From positions 62,001 to 126,000 of the forward strand of contig NW_020845831.1 of the NCBI RefSeq assembly GCF_003704095.1: a stretch of 64,000 nt of DNA, in the 5' to 3' direction. Positions 17,592-29,406 of the stretch are shown here, in pieces. The stretch comes from Pocillopora damicornis. Lineage: Eukaryota. Under the pieces are notes generated by a model. It was not told the DNA's origin, did no database searches, and worked only from the letters and a program-made list of their open reading frames with translations. Both the position numbers and the translations under genes were made by a program. The first letter of the stretch is position 1; each line of letters starts with the position of its first letter.

Positions 17592-20536
17592 ATAAAGGTG
17601 TCCGTCGTGTATCTCAACAAACCTAACAGAAAGGCAAAGACCAGTGATTTTAGTTGATGTGGTTAAAGAGAAAATAAATTTGAGAAGGGTATTGAAAGTG
17701 CAGTTCGTTATTTTGTTAAAAATACGTGGTTTCCTCAATTTGATTTTTCCTGTACGTTGGTAAAGTTTTTCAGAGTCCTTGAGCCATACGTAGCAAGAAA
17801 CTCGAAGCCTGCAGCCGAAAATTGCTTGCCATAAGTTTCTTACAATTTCCCGGCTCCGACAATTTGGTGTATTAAATCAAAACAATATTCCCCGATTGAT
17901 AACTTCCTTTCTCCTCATCACCTGTTTGCCCAAAAATGCACGGATATGCACGAAATTTCTCTTTACTCATTTTTGAGAATGGAAGGATAAATGGGTTGAT
18001 CCTCGAATCGGATATACAGTCAGCATAAACGCCCTGCCACCTCTATCGAACCAAACAAGTTAAGGGAGCACAGATTCTTACCTGAAGGTTTCCATAGTGA
18101 TATTTTGTGACACCTTGCATTGTTCCTTGTAACAAAATGAAACGTGCATTCATTATAGTCCCAAAACTAGGTTAAACCCAGCGTGTCTTCTGCCTTCGTA
18201 AAATAATCAAAATTTCGTAGCCTAGCTCAATTAGCCTAAAGTGCCTATATACGGTTTTACTCGGAAAATCTTCTGAAACAACCATCCGTTCTAAAGATTT
18301 CAGTCCTGGCTTTCCTACCATTTAATGTGAAGTTAAACATGCTTAAAATCCACCTACAGCAACAACGAGAATAAACAATAAATGACCGCCATTCTTTTTT
18401 GTGCATATAAACAAACGCTTGTTTAGAGGCTACTTGAAACCATCAACGGCTCAGACTAATCGGTTAATGCAAGTTTTTTTGAGAGCAAAAAAACAGTGCC
18501 GGTTAAAGAATAACGAAAATTCAATATTTCATGACATTTTAAATATTTGGCCTCGATAATCTTCCCCATGTTTTGACAATAAGAACATTAAAAACTGCTA
18601 TTTCAAGAATTTTCTTCAGATTCGCAGTGGTAACGGTAGACGATGAGAGAATATTTGGATGAACATAAATATTAGTAAAATTTAACCAGAAAAAAAAAAA
18701 AACACTGTTTGAACTAGACGTGATGCATTGACCTTCGGTTAGGAATACATAAAATACCAGCCGCCTCAAATATGACAGTCTTAAGGAGCACAAACCATAA
18801 TTCAGAGTGCTTGCGTGACCGCGTGTGCAGACAACATTGCTAGTACTGTGTGTTGGTTTATGTTGCTCAATAAAGCGAAAGTGCCACAATTGTCCTTGAA
18901 TTAGGTTCCACATAAAGTGTCTTCCGTTGCGTCCGACCACTTGTAAGTTTTTTAGGCCTGGCGCGACTTCCTGGTCATTTCACGTGAAATAATACTGTCT
19001 TTAAAAAAAAACTTCAATACAAATCATGAGAATTGTCAATTCTTGGCTTTGTGCCCTTTTATGCATGTAAACATCATTGTAAACTTCTGACTAGAGGCCA
19101 TTTTAAACCATCGTTGTTTTTGCTAATCATGATGCAAACATTTCAAGGAAATAGGAACAAAGGTAAAGTGAAGTATTTATGAAATATAATGTCATGACAT
19201 ATCTGAAAGTGATTTCAATAAAACAAGAATATGGAATTTGTTGGTGAAGAAAAATTCTTCAGATTCGCTGCGGTAGTGTTAAACGATAAAGTGGTAAACC
19301 TTAATTGCACTGAAAGAAATTTTCAAGACTAATAAACATCACAAAGTAACCAATAGTATTAGAGGTCACGAAGGTTACACTTGATGCGTTAACCTTGACT
19401 CAAGTATACAGACAACAAGCACGTACGGCTGATTTGACCCAGACAACTTAAAAGAGGACAGTCCATTACTGAAAGTGCTTTTATAATTTGTTATGATGTT
19501 TGGACACCTTGCGATTACAACACGACTGAACATATATATATATATATAAACCCTCCATGCAAGGGAATTTTCTCACAGCCAGAAGAAACTTTCCAAAAAG
19601 ATGAAGCTTTATTTACAAGTGGTTGTGGTGGCTATTTCCTAAAACTGGTACTTTCCCAAGGTACAATATTTAAGTAAAAAGGGTTAAGTTCAATCTAAAC
19701 CTCTTCGCACGGTTCACATTTTCTAGTTAGGTTCCATATAAAGTAGACTTTGTAGCAGTTTACGCATTTCCGTGTGCTCTTTATATAGTCAATTTACATC
19801 TCTCCAGAGTGCGGCAAACGACGCTTTCTCTCTCGAGTTGTTGGTGGCGAGGATGCACCGAAGCAGTCGTGGCCCTGGCAGGTGTCGCTGCGAGTTCTCA
19901 ATCAATTATGAGACCTGGTGCACGCCTGTGGCGGTTCCTTGATCACAGACGAACGGGTTGTGACGGTAGCGCAGTGTGTGGTGGACCAGGATGATATTCC
20001 ACGGGATCCTTCTTTTTATACCGTTATTGTCGGTAAGAATAAGTACATATTCATCATCGAGTGAGTTGGTACCAATATTTTTTTAAATTTCAGGACGCTT
20101 GTATTAATTACGCATGGCTTAAGAGCGAAAACTTGCCAAAAACCTTTTGAAGACTGAACGAGTTCAAGAGTAAAAGAGTATACAATGTAATATTTGTCTC
20201 TCTTACCTTCTCTGCACTTAAATTGGTGTAATGCTGAAACCTTTCCAGGTGCACACGAGCGTCTTGGCACAACGAATGTAAAGCAGACAATTAAACTGAG
20301 AGCACTCTTTGCCCACGAGGACTTCAGTTTGCAACGCCTTAAAAAATGACGTCGCCCTTCTACACCTTAGCAAACCGGCCAAATTGAGCGACAAAGTCAG
20401 CTCCGTTTACCTTCCTGCCAAAGGATCTCGAATTTCAGCCCGCCACCGATGCTACATGACAGGTAATTAATATTAAGAAACGCAAAGGGGTGGGGGGAGG
20501 AAGGGGATAACATTAAGTAGCTTTTAAAATTTTCTA

Positions 20537-20666
20537 ATCTCTATCTCTCTCTCTCCCTCTAATCGCTCTGACGAAGGGCTAACGCTCGAAACGTCAGCTT
20601 TTTTACCCTTTACGATGGCTAATTTACGTTTTCAACCCAGTTGTTAACACTAAATTACCTGCTATA

Positions 20667-20711
<45 letters not shown>

Positions 20712-20715
20712 TTTA
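20537..20715 (+). mobile_element. Short hammerhead-bearing retroelement insertion (Penelope-like LTR / retrozyme type)
   Basis: Flanked by the 14-bp direct repeat TTTAAAATTTTCTA (20523-20536 and 20716-20729). The equivalent intron of paralog C is 80 bp versus 286 bp here. Confidence 0.7.
20565..20598 (+). ncRNA. Minimal type I hammerhead ribozyme motif
   Basis: gct-CTGACGA-a-gggc-taac-gctc-GAAA-c-GTC-agc. Conserved core, 4-bp stem II, stem I gct/agc, palindromic ACGT in place of stem III, GUC cleavage triplet ending at 20595. Confidence 0.75.
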
Positions 20716-21678
20716 TTTAAAATTTTCTACCTAAATTCTTTAACTCAGGATGGGGTCGGACTGAAGGTGGAGGCGACGTCGCAGACATCTTGCAACAAGC
20801 GATGCTTCCCGCACAGAGTCACAGGCGATGTTCCAAAAAGTGGGGCAAAGTAGGGGCACCAATTGACAAAACATCCATGATCTGTGCAGGAAGTGGTAAA
20901 CCAAACAAGGCAGGTGGTTGTCAAGGTGATAGCAGTGGACCATACGTATGCGAAGAAAATGGCAGATGGGTTTTACGCGGTGCTGTTAGCTGGGGTCATA
21001 GCATGTGCAGGACTAACTTTTTTAATGTCTTTGCACGAATAAGCTCTTTCAGGGATTGGACTGACTCAAAAGTTAAGGGTGAGTAAATATCTGTGTTAGC
21101 CTCACTCAGTACGAGGAGGATGACAAAGTTCTTGACAATGATTCCTCTATATTATTTTCCGGCAGATATGGCGTAAAGACAGCTAGGCGTCCGTCGATAT
21201 CTCAAGAAAACTCAAAGAAAGGCGAAGACCTGTGACTTGTATTAGAAATAGCAAAGAGGGAAAATAAAGTTGCCAAAGGGATTGAAAGTGCTTTTTCATT
21301 TTTTGTGTGTTTCCATTAAATTAAGCGATAGTCTTCAATGCGAGTTTCCATCTGAATAATTTCACCTGGAACATTGCGTACCAATTCCGCCAGAGCATTT
21401 AGCGAAGTAAACAAGAAATTTTGTAGCACATTAAATTTTGAAGGGTCTAGTGTTTCACAGAGACACTCGAAATGATTTTAAAACTTGCAAAACATAAAGT
21501 TGTTGTTTAATTGCACAGCTGACGTCCGACTGATTTCTTTTGTGGATCAAAGCCTGTTCCCCACCTCCATCTTTAAACTGTTACCCTTTAGACTATAATT
21601 ATGCAAGTTCTTCACTGAAACTGTTCTCTATACATTTCCCATGGATCTTATAAGGAGAAAGTAACGAACAATCAAGAG

Positions 21679-21920
21679 CACAGGACGAAATCACATGTTT
21701 CCGTATTTCTGAAACGTGGCGGAAACATGCAACTCCATGTTTCCGTTATGTTTAACATGCACAAAAAGTGGTCCGGTTCCGTTGTATACGCAGCAACGGA
21801 AACGCGAGAAAACGTCACGAAACCGGTAACGGAAACACAGGTTATCCGTCGTGTTTCCAGAACGGTTTAACATGTTTCTGCCACGTTTCCGTTTACGGAT
21901 TCTTGCAATTTCGTCCTGTG
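21679..21920. mobile_element. 242-bp MITE, CACTA/EnSpm-like
   Basis: TIR CACAGGACGAAAT...ATTTCGTCCTGTG, 3-bp TSD GAG, many internal CGGAAAC/GTTTCCG subterminal repeats. Interrupts an older repeat spanning about 21581-22020. Confidence 0.75.
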
Positions 21921-23142
21921 GAGCTTTTTGAGTTTGTGATTATTTCCTTTATTCTCTTGACTTTAGTCTTTGATTAAGGGGTGAAACTAAATTGTTGTCA
22001 ATCGTAGGGGCTCAAGTGTACACTGAGAAGACCATGAGTGGTCCTTCTTAAAGTTGATAGCACCGTAAGGGGTAGAAAGTATCGTGGTCAAAGACATCTT
22101 CCCTCATCTTATTGTTACAGCATCGTTCAGATGTACAGGACGTCGATAGTGGCTCACATGGATAACAAGTTTGTTTTATAATGTAAAACCAGTTATTTTA
22201 TCCTCTATTAAATTTTCTCTCTGTACAGATCGTCCAAAAAAAATCGGTTGGGTAGCTTGTCAAAGTTTTAAACCTAAGACTTACTGAAAACTATACAAAT
22301 TGCTTCATCAAAAAATGAAGCGATTACGTTTTCCTAGCTTGCGTGAACAGCATTTAAGGACATGATCACAAAGGATGTCTTTATTGTTGCTATATGAAGA
22401 TAATTACTGTTTACAGAACCAAGCAAACAGTTGACAAACTTTCAAAAATATATTTACATTTGGCTATATTAGATATTTTTAGGACATCGAGAATGAGTCT
22501 AGCAGTTTTTGGCAAGTTCCTTGTATCATATAGTTGTTAAATTGCCATAAGTCATTCCCATTTTTATTTTACGAGGAAATAGTCGTCAATGCGTACATGA
22601 GCATTCTTACAAAACTATGGTATCTGTAAAAAAAATTCTTGAATGTAATCAATATGGTTGCTTTATCGATAGATAAGTTTTTTTCATTAGGATTTTGCCT
22701 TTGAACGTAATACGAAGACAAAAATTAAGGAACTTGTTGGAGCGGACTTACTAGGGAAATATAATGTGACTGGCCGCTTTCTGTCATAACTGATGCTTAA
22801 CTAATGCTTAACTGAAGTTTTTGACAGTATTGTACTCTGAGATGTGTTCCAGGTTAATCTGAGATCTGTGTGTCGCATTTTCAAAAACCAAATTAACACC
22901 GCGGATGGATGAAGCTTTGTTTCAACGCATATGATTAACACTAAAGTGTCATCAGTCGTGGGATTTATTAAAAAATAACCATTTCATATCGTTTTTGTTA
23001 ACAATCAATAAAGCTGCAGTTTAAAAGGGTAATTGCAGGGCGATTGTTTCTTAAAAGGGCAATTCCAGAGAAAAAAGCGGCGAATAAAAAAGACAACTTT
23101 TTTTAAAATGACAATGCACAATAAAGAGGAGCCGATGCTATA

Positions 23143-23177
23143 CATCTGTCAGCTGAAAAAATTGCCTTTTTATAAAT
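23143..23177 (+). promoter_or_regulatory. Paired E-boxes (CATCTG-T-CAGCTG) plus TATA box upstream of gene E
   Basis: CATCTGTCAGCTG at 23143-23155 and TATAAAT at 23171. The identical 13-mer lies upstream of gene F (31681-31693, minus strand). Confidence 0.5.
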
Positions 23178-23230
23178 GTAACGGCGTCTTGTCTTCGCTC
23201 ACTTCCTACCTTGGATAGGATTCCATTATC

Positions 23231-26200
23231 ATGTTGTCTGTTTTTATCGCTGTTGTAGCTCTTTGTATTCCTGCTCTTTCTGAAGGTACGAAACACTTCA
23301 TAAATTTTTCATTTTTCAATCCCCCATCCTTTTCATTTTAGAAAGGTCATACATACTAAAGCAAAGTATGACGCAAAATTAATTTACGAATAGCATGGTA
23401 AAACTAAGAGTGTTTTTTTGCCCATTCTTGAGAACAAGTACATGTACTAATATGTAACCATATCAATATCTCTGTTTCAAGATCACAGGAAGCTTCCCAC
23501 TTTTCCGCATAAAAGAAAAAAAAAAAAAAACAGAACAATGCAATTCATTTTTCTCTCGATCCTCGTGAAAGATCCTAATCCGCATATCTCTTCATGATCA
23601 GTGACTGGTGCCTTCTTTATCTTTGGGATAACTTTTATTTGGATCCATAAGAACGTGACAATCATGTAAGGTAATCTGGGGTTTTGTGTTTTCATTTGTC
23701 TGTTAACTCCATAATCTTGCATGTATTGATGAATTTCAGGGTGCGGTTCTCGTCCGCCTGGTGCCCGTGTGGTTAACGGGGATGATGCTGCGCCGCATTC
23801 GTGGCCTTGGCAGATCTCTCTCAGGGTGAATGGACGACACATTTGCGGAGGATCTCTAATCAAGCCTGGTTGGGTTGTAACTGCTGCTCACTGCGTAGAA
23901 AGGAACCCAGATCCTAGCGGGTACACAGTGGTAGTTGGTAAGTGCACATGTTGAATAATCGGAGATCGGAGGTAGCATTGCCAGGTCTCTTGAAAAGCGA
24001 AAATTTTACCTCATCCTTAATTGCTGAAACACATTTTGCAACACAATTTCTTGAATCTTTTACTCATGGAGTGTAAGTTTATCACTCACGCTTCTGAGAG
24101 ACCGTTCATTTTACATCGTCTGGGGATGTGGGGTGGGGAGGCTGGAGGATTCTGTTTATGAAACGGCAACATTAACCTGATCCCCCAATATTCTTATCAT
24201 CACCCCCCTCCCCCCCCTCATTGCCATTTAATTTTCCAAAGTCCCCCCCTTTATTCTCTGCGAAGACTGTTCATCCTTCCTTTTCCCCTGAAAACTATGT
24301 GATCTCCCAAAATCCTCCCCTTCCCTCCAACGATGACGAACGGTCACTAAGTTTTCTCACTATGTAGGGGCCCACATCAGAACTGGGACTACAGCTGTAC
24401 AACAAACATTCAATTTGAAAAAGCTTTTCAAACACGAAGGATTCTCAATGAGCCATTTAAGGAAAGACATTGCCCTGCTGCAACTGGATGGCGAAGTTCA
24501 ACTAAGTGATAAAGTCAACACGGTTTGTTTGCCACCTAAAGGAAGTAGAATTTCACCGGGAACTGAGTGTTTCATCACTGGTAAGTTTGCTTACGGGCTC
24601 GAAAAAATCATATTTTGTGGTAATTGTATTTGTCAACTTTATTTTTGTGAATTTAGTATCTAGAATTTAGTATTTACACTAATGATAACATATTTCTCGT
24701 TTTCTTCTATGAGGAGAGGCAGACTCTGATCTTTTTGATCGAGTCAAAACGTTTTGCATCTATTCCGTTTTCATGACAATCATCGGATTTCTGAAAATTC
24801 CAGATGTAAGAACATTTTTGGAGGAGAGGGCGGAGGGAATCCTAAAATCTCCAAGTGTTTCAAAACATCGATGGCCGGTGAAGCTCAGAAGGATCAAAGA
24901 ATTGGGATGATCTGAAAGTTAATTTTCCACGTAAGGGATAAATAGAACTTAGTAGACACGGGACGGTTTTAGCATGATTTTAAGTTTCCCGAAAATTCAG
25001 TCCGCAATAGAGAGCTAGCTGCTTCAAGATCTTATTATCTTTACTACCAGGATGGGGAAGGATCATCGGAGGTGGCCCAGCCGCAGACGCCCTACAGCAA
25101 GCAAAACTTCCAGTTGTAGATCACAACACGTGCAGCAGAACGAACGGTCAACTCGCTCCGGTCGAGGAATCGAGTATGCTCTGTGCAGGAAGTGGACAAG
25201 CAAACCAGGCAGGTGGTTGCCAAGGAGATAGTGGAGGTCCTTTTGTTTGTAAAGAAAATGATGGATGGGTTTTACGAGGTGCAGTCAGCTGGGGAAATGG
25301 AATGTGCAGGACTGAATTCTACACTGTGTTTGCCCGTGTCAGCAGTTTCATTGACTGGCTCAATCAGAAAATGTCTGGTAGTGGGGGCAGTGGGGGCAGT
25401 GGTGGCAGCGGAGGTGGTAAGCATGTCTGCTTCTTATATTTATGATACGGAAATCAATTGTGATGGTTGCTACTGACTTCCTGTTTTTCTTCCCCTGTGG
25501 GCCAGTCACTAACAAAAACTATCCTCCGGCTTAGACATGTGCACAGCAGTCTAAGTGACCTTTAAAAACCGGAAATATATGCAATACTGATGAGGCCTAA
25601 TCAAAAGTTAAAGCAGTTACCGCTGACTGTTCGGGTAATGTTGTTCCCCAACGCTTAAAAGCTAGAACATACCAATTTTTTTCTCGTCTAATTAGGCTTT
25701 TTCTTTTTCTGTTTGTCTGTTTTGTTTTGGTTTCTTTTTTTTTAATGATTCGTTGTTTTACTTTTGTTTTGCTGTTGGTTTTGGTACGTTTACTTCTGAA
25801 GGGAAGGTGCTGTATGATTCTTTTATATCTTTATCTTCTATATCTAATTCAAAATGGATGCAAAGTCCACCAACCTAATAGTTTACTTCATGCCCATTCA
25901 AAGAAAAAATAAACAGAATTCTAATCCTATATTTTCAGCATGTACAGATGGCCACAGAAACTGCCCGTACCTAAAACAGTACTGTAACACCCATCCGTAC
26001 GTCAAGCAAATATGCAAAAAGTCATGCGGACTATGTAAGTTATTAAATATATGTGCATTACATTTATGGGTGTAAAGACAATACTGTCATTAGTAATGAA
26101 GCTTTCAAACAACTTTTCTGGATTAAATCATCTTAATAATCCTCTTCAAGAGATCATAAAGAGTTTATATTCTCTTGTCCTCATATCACATAGCAAAAAC

Positions 26201-26749
26201 AACAAAACAAAACAAATAGAATCGCCCCCTTCCCTCTACACTCTTTCCATGTTTTTCTCTATTACAATATGTGTTATTATAGTTAGTAACTGAGTGACTA
26301 AATATGCTTCTTGAGAACAATCGTGTTTAAAAAGAAAAAGGGGGGAGTACGGTATCCCTTCGCAAACTTGTAGGCAACCAGCGCGTAACATGAATGGCCT
26401 TCGATGATTTCCATAAGAAGAAGTTGAAATCTAACCAAAGTGGCCGCCATGACTGTCACATTTTTATGCTAGTAGAAATGGGGATATATTTGATGGTAGA
26501 TAATGGTACAGATAATTGATCTCCACATAACTGATGGGGAGATCATAATTGTATAAGACGTTTACCCACGTGACTGGCAGCTCATCTGGCTCCGGTAAAA
26601 TTTGATTCTGTTTCTATTCCGCAGGTGGAGGTGGTGGTATCGGGCCTGCGTGTAAGGATAGCAGCAAGTACTGTCCAATGTTCGCTTCTCAATGCTCGAC
26701 TAACGCTTACGTAAGAATTAAATGCAAGAAGACATGTCGATTGTGCTGA
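23231..26749 (+). CDS. Gene E: secreted S1A serine protease with Gly/Ser linker and two ShKT domains
   Basis: Exons 23231-23285, 23740-23937 ([19 protein letters not shown]), 24368-24580 (KDIAL), 25051-25416 ([20 protein letters not shown]), 25939-26034 ([32 protein letters not shown]), 26625-26749 ([32 protein letters not shown]). AATAAA near 26852. Confidence 0.92.
24098..24348. mobile_element. Small MITE-like element in intron 2 of gene E
   Basis: Inverted ends GACCGTTC / GAACGGTC enclosing G-rich then C-rich tracts. Confidence 0.4.
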
Positions 26750-28258
26750 ACATATGAAATCGGGCCTCAGGTTAGTTACCACTACAAAGAATTGTTTACT
26801 TGGCCCTCGCAAGAACAAGACGATAAACAACCAAAATTTTATTTGAATTAAAATAAAATGGATGAACCCTTTGTTTATTTTGCTGTGTTTCAAATTTATC
26901 AAACTACTTTTCCTCCAAAGGGTAGTAAGTCAGGAGGAGAGAACAATTATGGGTTATCCTTGTTTTATACGCTTGTATGGGACACGTGACTTTATCCAAG
27001 ATAAAGGTTTTAAATTAAAAAAACATTAAGAATTAATGGGTTATCCATATTTTATACGATGTTGAAAGACACATGATTTTATCTAAGATGGTGAATTTTC
27101 TCTAGGTCATCATTAATTCGCCCATCAAATTCACTTTCAACCTTTGCAAACCCCATTTTCCATCAAATAACCGTTGTAAACTGCTGTTTAATTTATCCTA
27201 TTACCTCTATACGATATCTCGCAATTTAATAGATATCTAAAAGTGGAGAGCTGTTTCGACATAGTTAGGTTCTGTCTAGAAGAGCGAAAAGTTAAAATGC
27301 TTGACTCCGAACAGACCACCGCCTTATATCCTAATACGATAAAGTACGATTTATTTACAACTGATATTCGTTTTCATTTTCTTACTTTACAGGTTTCAGG
27401 ACTTGATAAATCAAATGTTATTGTGGGATTGAAAATAACACAGTGATTTAATGGCCCATTCATATTATCAATTTTGGTGTATCAATTGTTGAAATAAAGT
27501 TTGTCTTGAAGGGAGGAGGTTGAACTTTTTTTCAATTTGTTGTTTTGTGGCAATGTGTACTTACGACGCGTTTTGTAATAACTTGCGCATTTTGAAAAAA
27601 CGGTTGCAGCATCTTATAATAAAGCAACCTACGCATTTTGTGATAAGAGGCGTGGTATTTTATTTTCCGCGCGAAAACATACAAACAATTAAGAAAGAAT
27701 GGTATTTTGCTGGTAGTATCGATCAGCTTTTCTGAGCTCATTTGAAATACTGTATTACTAGGCAATCACGCGTCACTCTTTGAACGAGTTACTACTTTGA
27801 CCTTGAGCTGGGAAAACTGGGTCCTAGAGTACATGAAGTCGAGGCTTACCAGTTAACTTCCGAGGGGAAGGAAAAAGGCTTCTTGTTTAACTGATTCTTT
27901 TCAAAAATTCTTATCGTGCAACAAAAACTCAGCCCCAAATATGCACTACAAACGAAAAATTCAAGCAATCAGTCAGCTGGTGTGATGCGACGTATGTTTG
28001 ACTCTCTACCTTTGGAATTAAGAGATTCATTCTTGAGAGCGAATATGAATATTATTAGTTTTGCACAATTTCTTGAGACAAAATAGCAAAAAACCTACAG
28101 ATTCAAACTATTATGAGTTAACAATAAATTAACACGCAAACTGAAATAATCTGCTACCGTTTATTTATTATTTTGCCATTTACTTTTCTAGCAAACGGGA
28201 CTTCATAACGATTAAATATGTGGAACGTTGACCTCTCTACCTGAAACCAAGAAAACAC

Positions 28259-28407
28259 NNNNNNNNNNNNNNNNNNNNNNNNNNNNNNNNNNNNNNNNNN
28301 NNNNNNNNNNNNNNNNNNNNNNNNNNNNNNNNNNNNNNNNNNNNNNNNNNNNNNNNNNNNNNNNNNNNNNNNNNNNNNNNNNNNNNNNNNNNNNNNNNNN
28401 NNNNNNN
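28259..28407. other. Assembly gap (149 N)
   Basis: Run of N between the converging 3' ends of genes E and F. Confidence 1.
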
Positions 28408-29406
28408 GCTTTCAACATAACTAACCCTTAATGAAAATTCTTCGACTACGAGCAACATTTTAAAGGCTGCAAGTAGAACATTGAGCCAGTTAGGATTTCA
28501 AAGAAGTCTCAGACCTCTGAAAAAAACGGCCTCTGGGGCGAAAAACAAGTAAAATCAATAGCACCTCTGACAGCCTTTGAAAAATTGCACTCACTTTTAC
28601 ATTTGCCATGTCTTGCAACTTGGTTGTAAATGTAGCCGTAACCTACTCAGAGGATACTTTGTGGTATTTTGGATATTTCCTCTTATTATATTATCAGCAT
28701 TTTAATACCTTTAGTTTACTAAGTTTCAATAGTTAGATCTTTCTGAGACTGATTGTAATTAGTCAGGACCTCCCTGAAAACCACTTTATGTGACGGGAAC
28801 TTCCTCTATAGAGAATATTCGTTATCATTATTAAATTATTTCCACTGTATCAGATCGTTATCTTATTGTTGTTTGGTAATCATTTCCTCGATGAGGAAAG
28901 CGGCGTTTGTTTTCACATCACGGCTCAAACTTCTTTATCTAACAGTTTGCAGTGTTAATATTAGCCGCCAAATTTTGTTGCTCTTATGAGGGGAGTTTTA
29001 GGATAAAAAGTAATGTATACCTTTGGCGCTTTGACTTCATCTTTTACGCTTTACCTGCAACACAGATAAAAACTTGTCGTGAGCTTCAACACGAACGGAT
29101 TTTTTTTCTTTATTGAGCCAATCCTCGAATAATATTAGTTATAAACAACCCTTAATTTTGATTAATTGTTTTTAAGCGACATGAGAACTTGAAAGTGAAG
29201 AGTCTTTTAGTCGGCCAAGTCAGTTGGACAGTTACTGATTGTTTGGCAACTAAAGTTTCAGCCAATGATTTTTAACTTCCTAATTAAAATGCAACATTCG
29301 CTGAGGTAAGATAAATTTATAATTGAAACTCTTTTTTCAGAAGTTGTGTGTCAACGGGCGGGAGGTCTGTATGACGCAGGCCGTTCACAAGTGCGCGATT
29401 TGCTAA

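Larger units (their letters stand above)
19601..21176 (+). pseudogene. Gene D: pseudogenised tandem duplicate of gene C
   Basis: Exons 19601-19660, 19808-20032, 20249-20462, 20749-21078, 21166-21176 are collinear with C. Lesions: 1-nt deletion in signal exon giving TAA, in-frame TGA 19909-19911, catalytic His->Gln (TVAQC), +1 A in the run at 20341-20346, VCLP->VYLP, GDSGG->GDSSG. Confidence 0.92.

Noticed and set aside
19909-19911. Selenocysteine or readthrough TGA in gene D
   Set aside because: It aligns to a Gly codon (GGA) in C, and the gene has two frameshifts and a lost catalytic His.
21691-21900. CRISPR-like or coding repeat array
   Set aside because: Eukaryotic context; the short CGGAAAC repeats occur in both orientations inside a TIR/TSD-bounded MITE and have no regular spacers.
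28212-28458. ORFs spanning the N run
   Set aside because: Artefacts of the assembly gap.
28590-28645. Possible ShKT remnant for gene F (minus strand ..SCKTWQM)
   Set aside because: Only one or two cysteines and no consistent frame.
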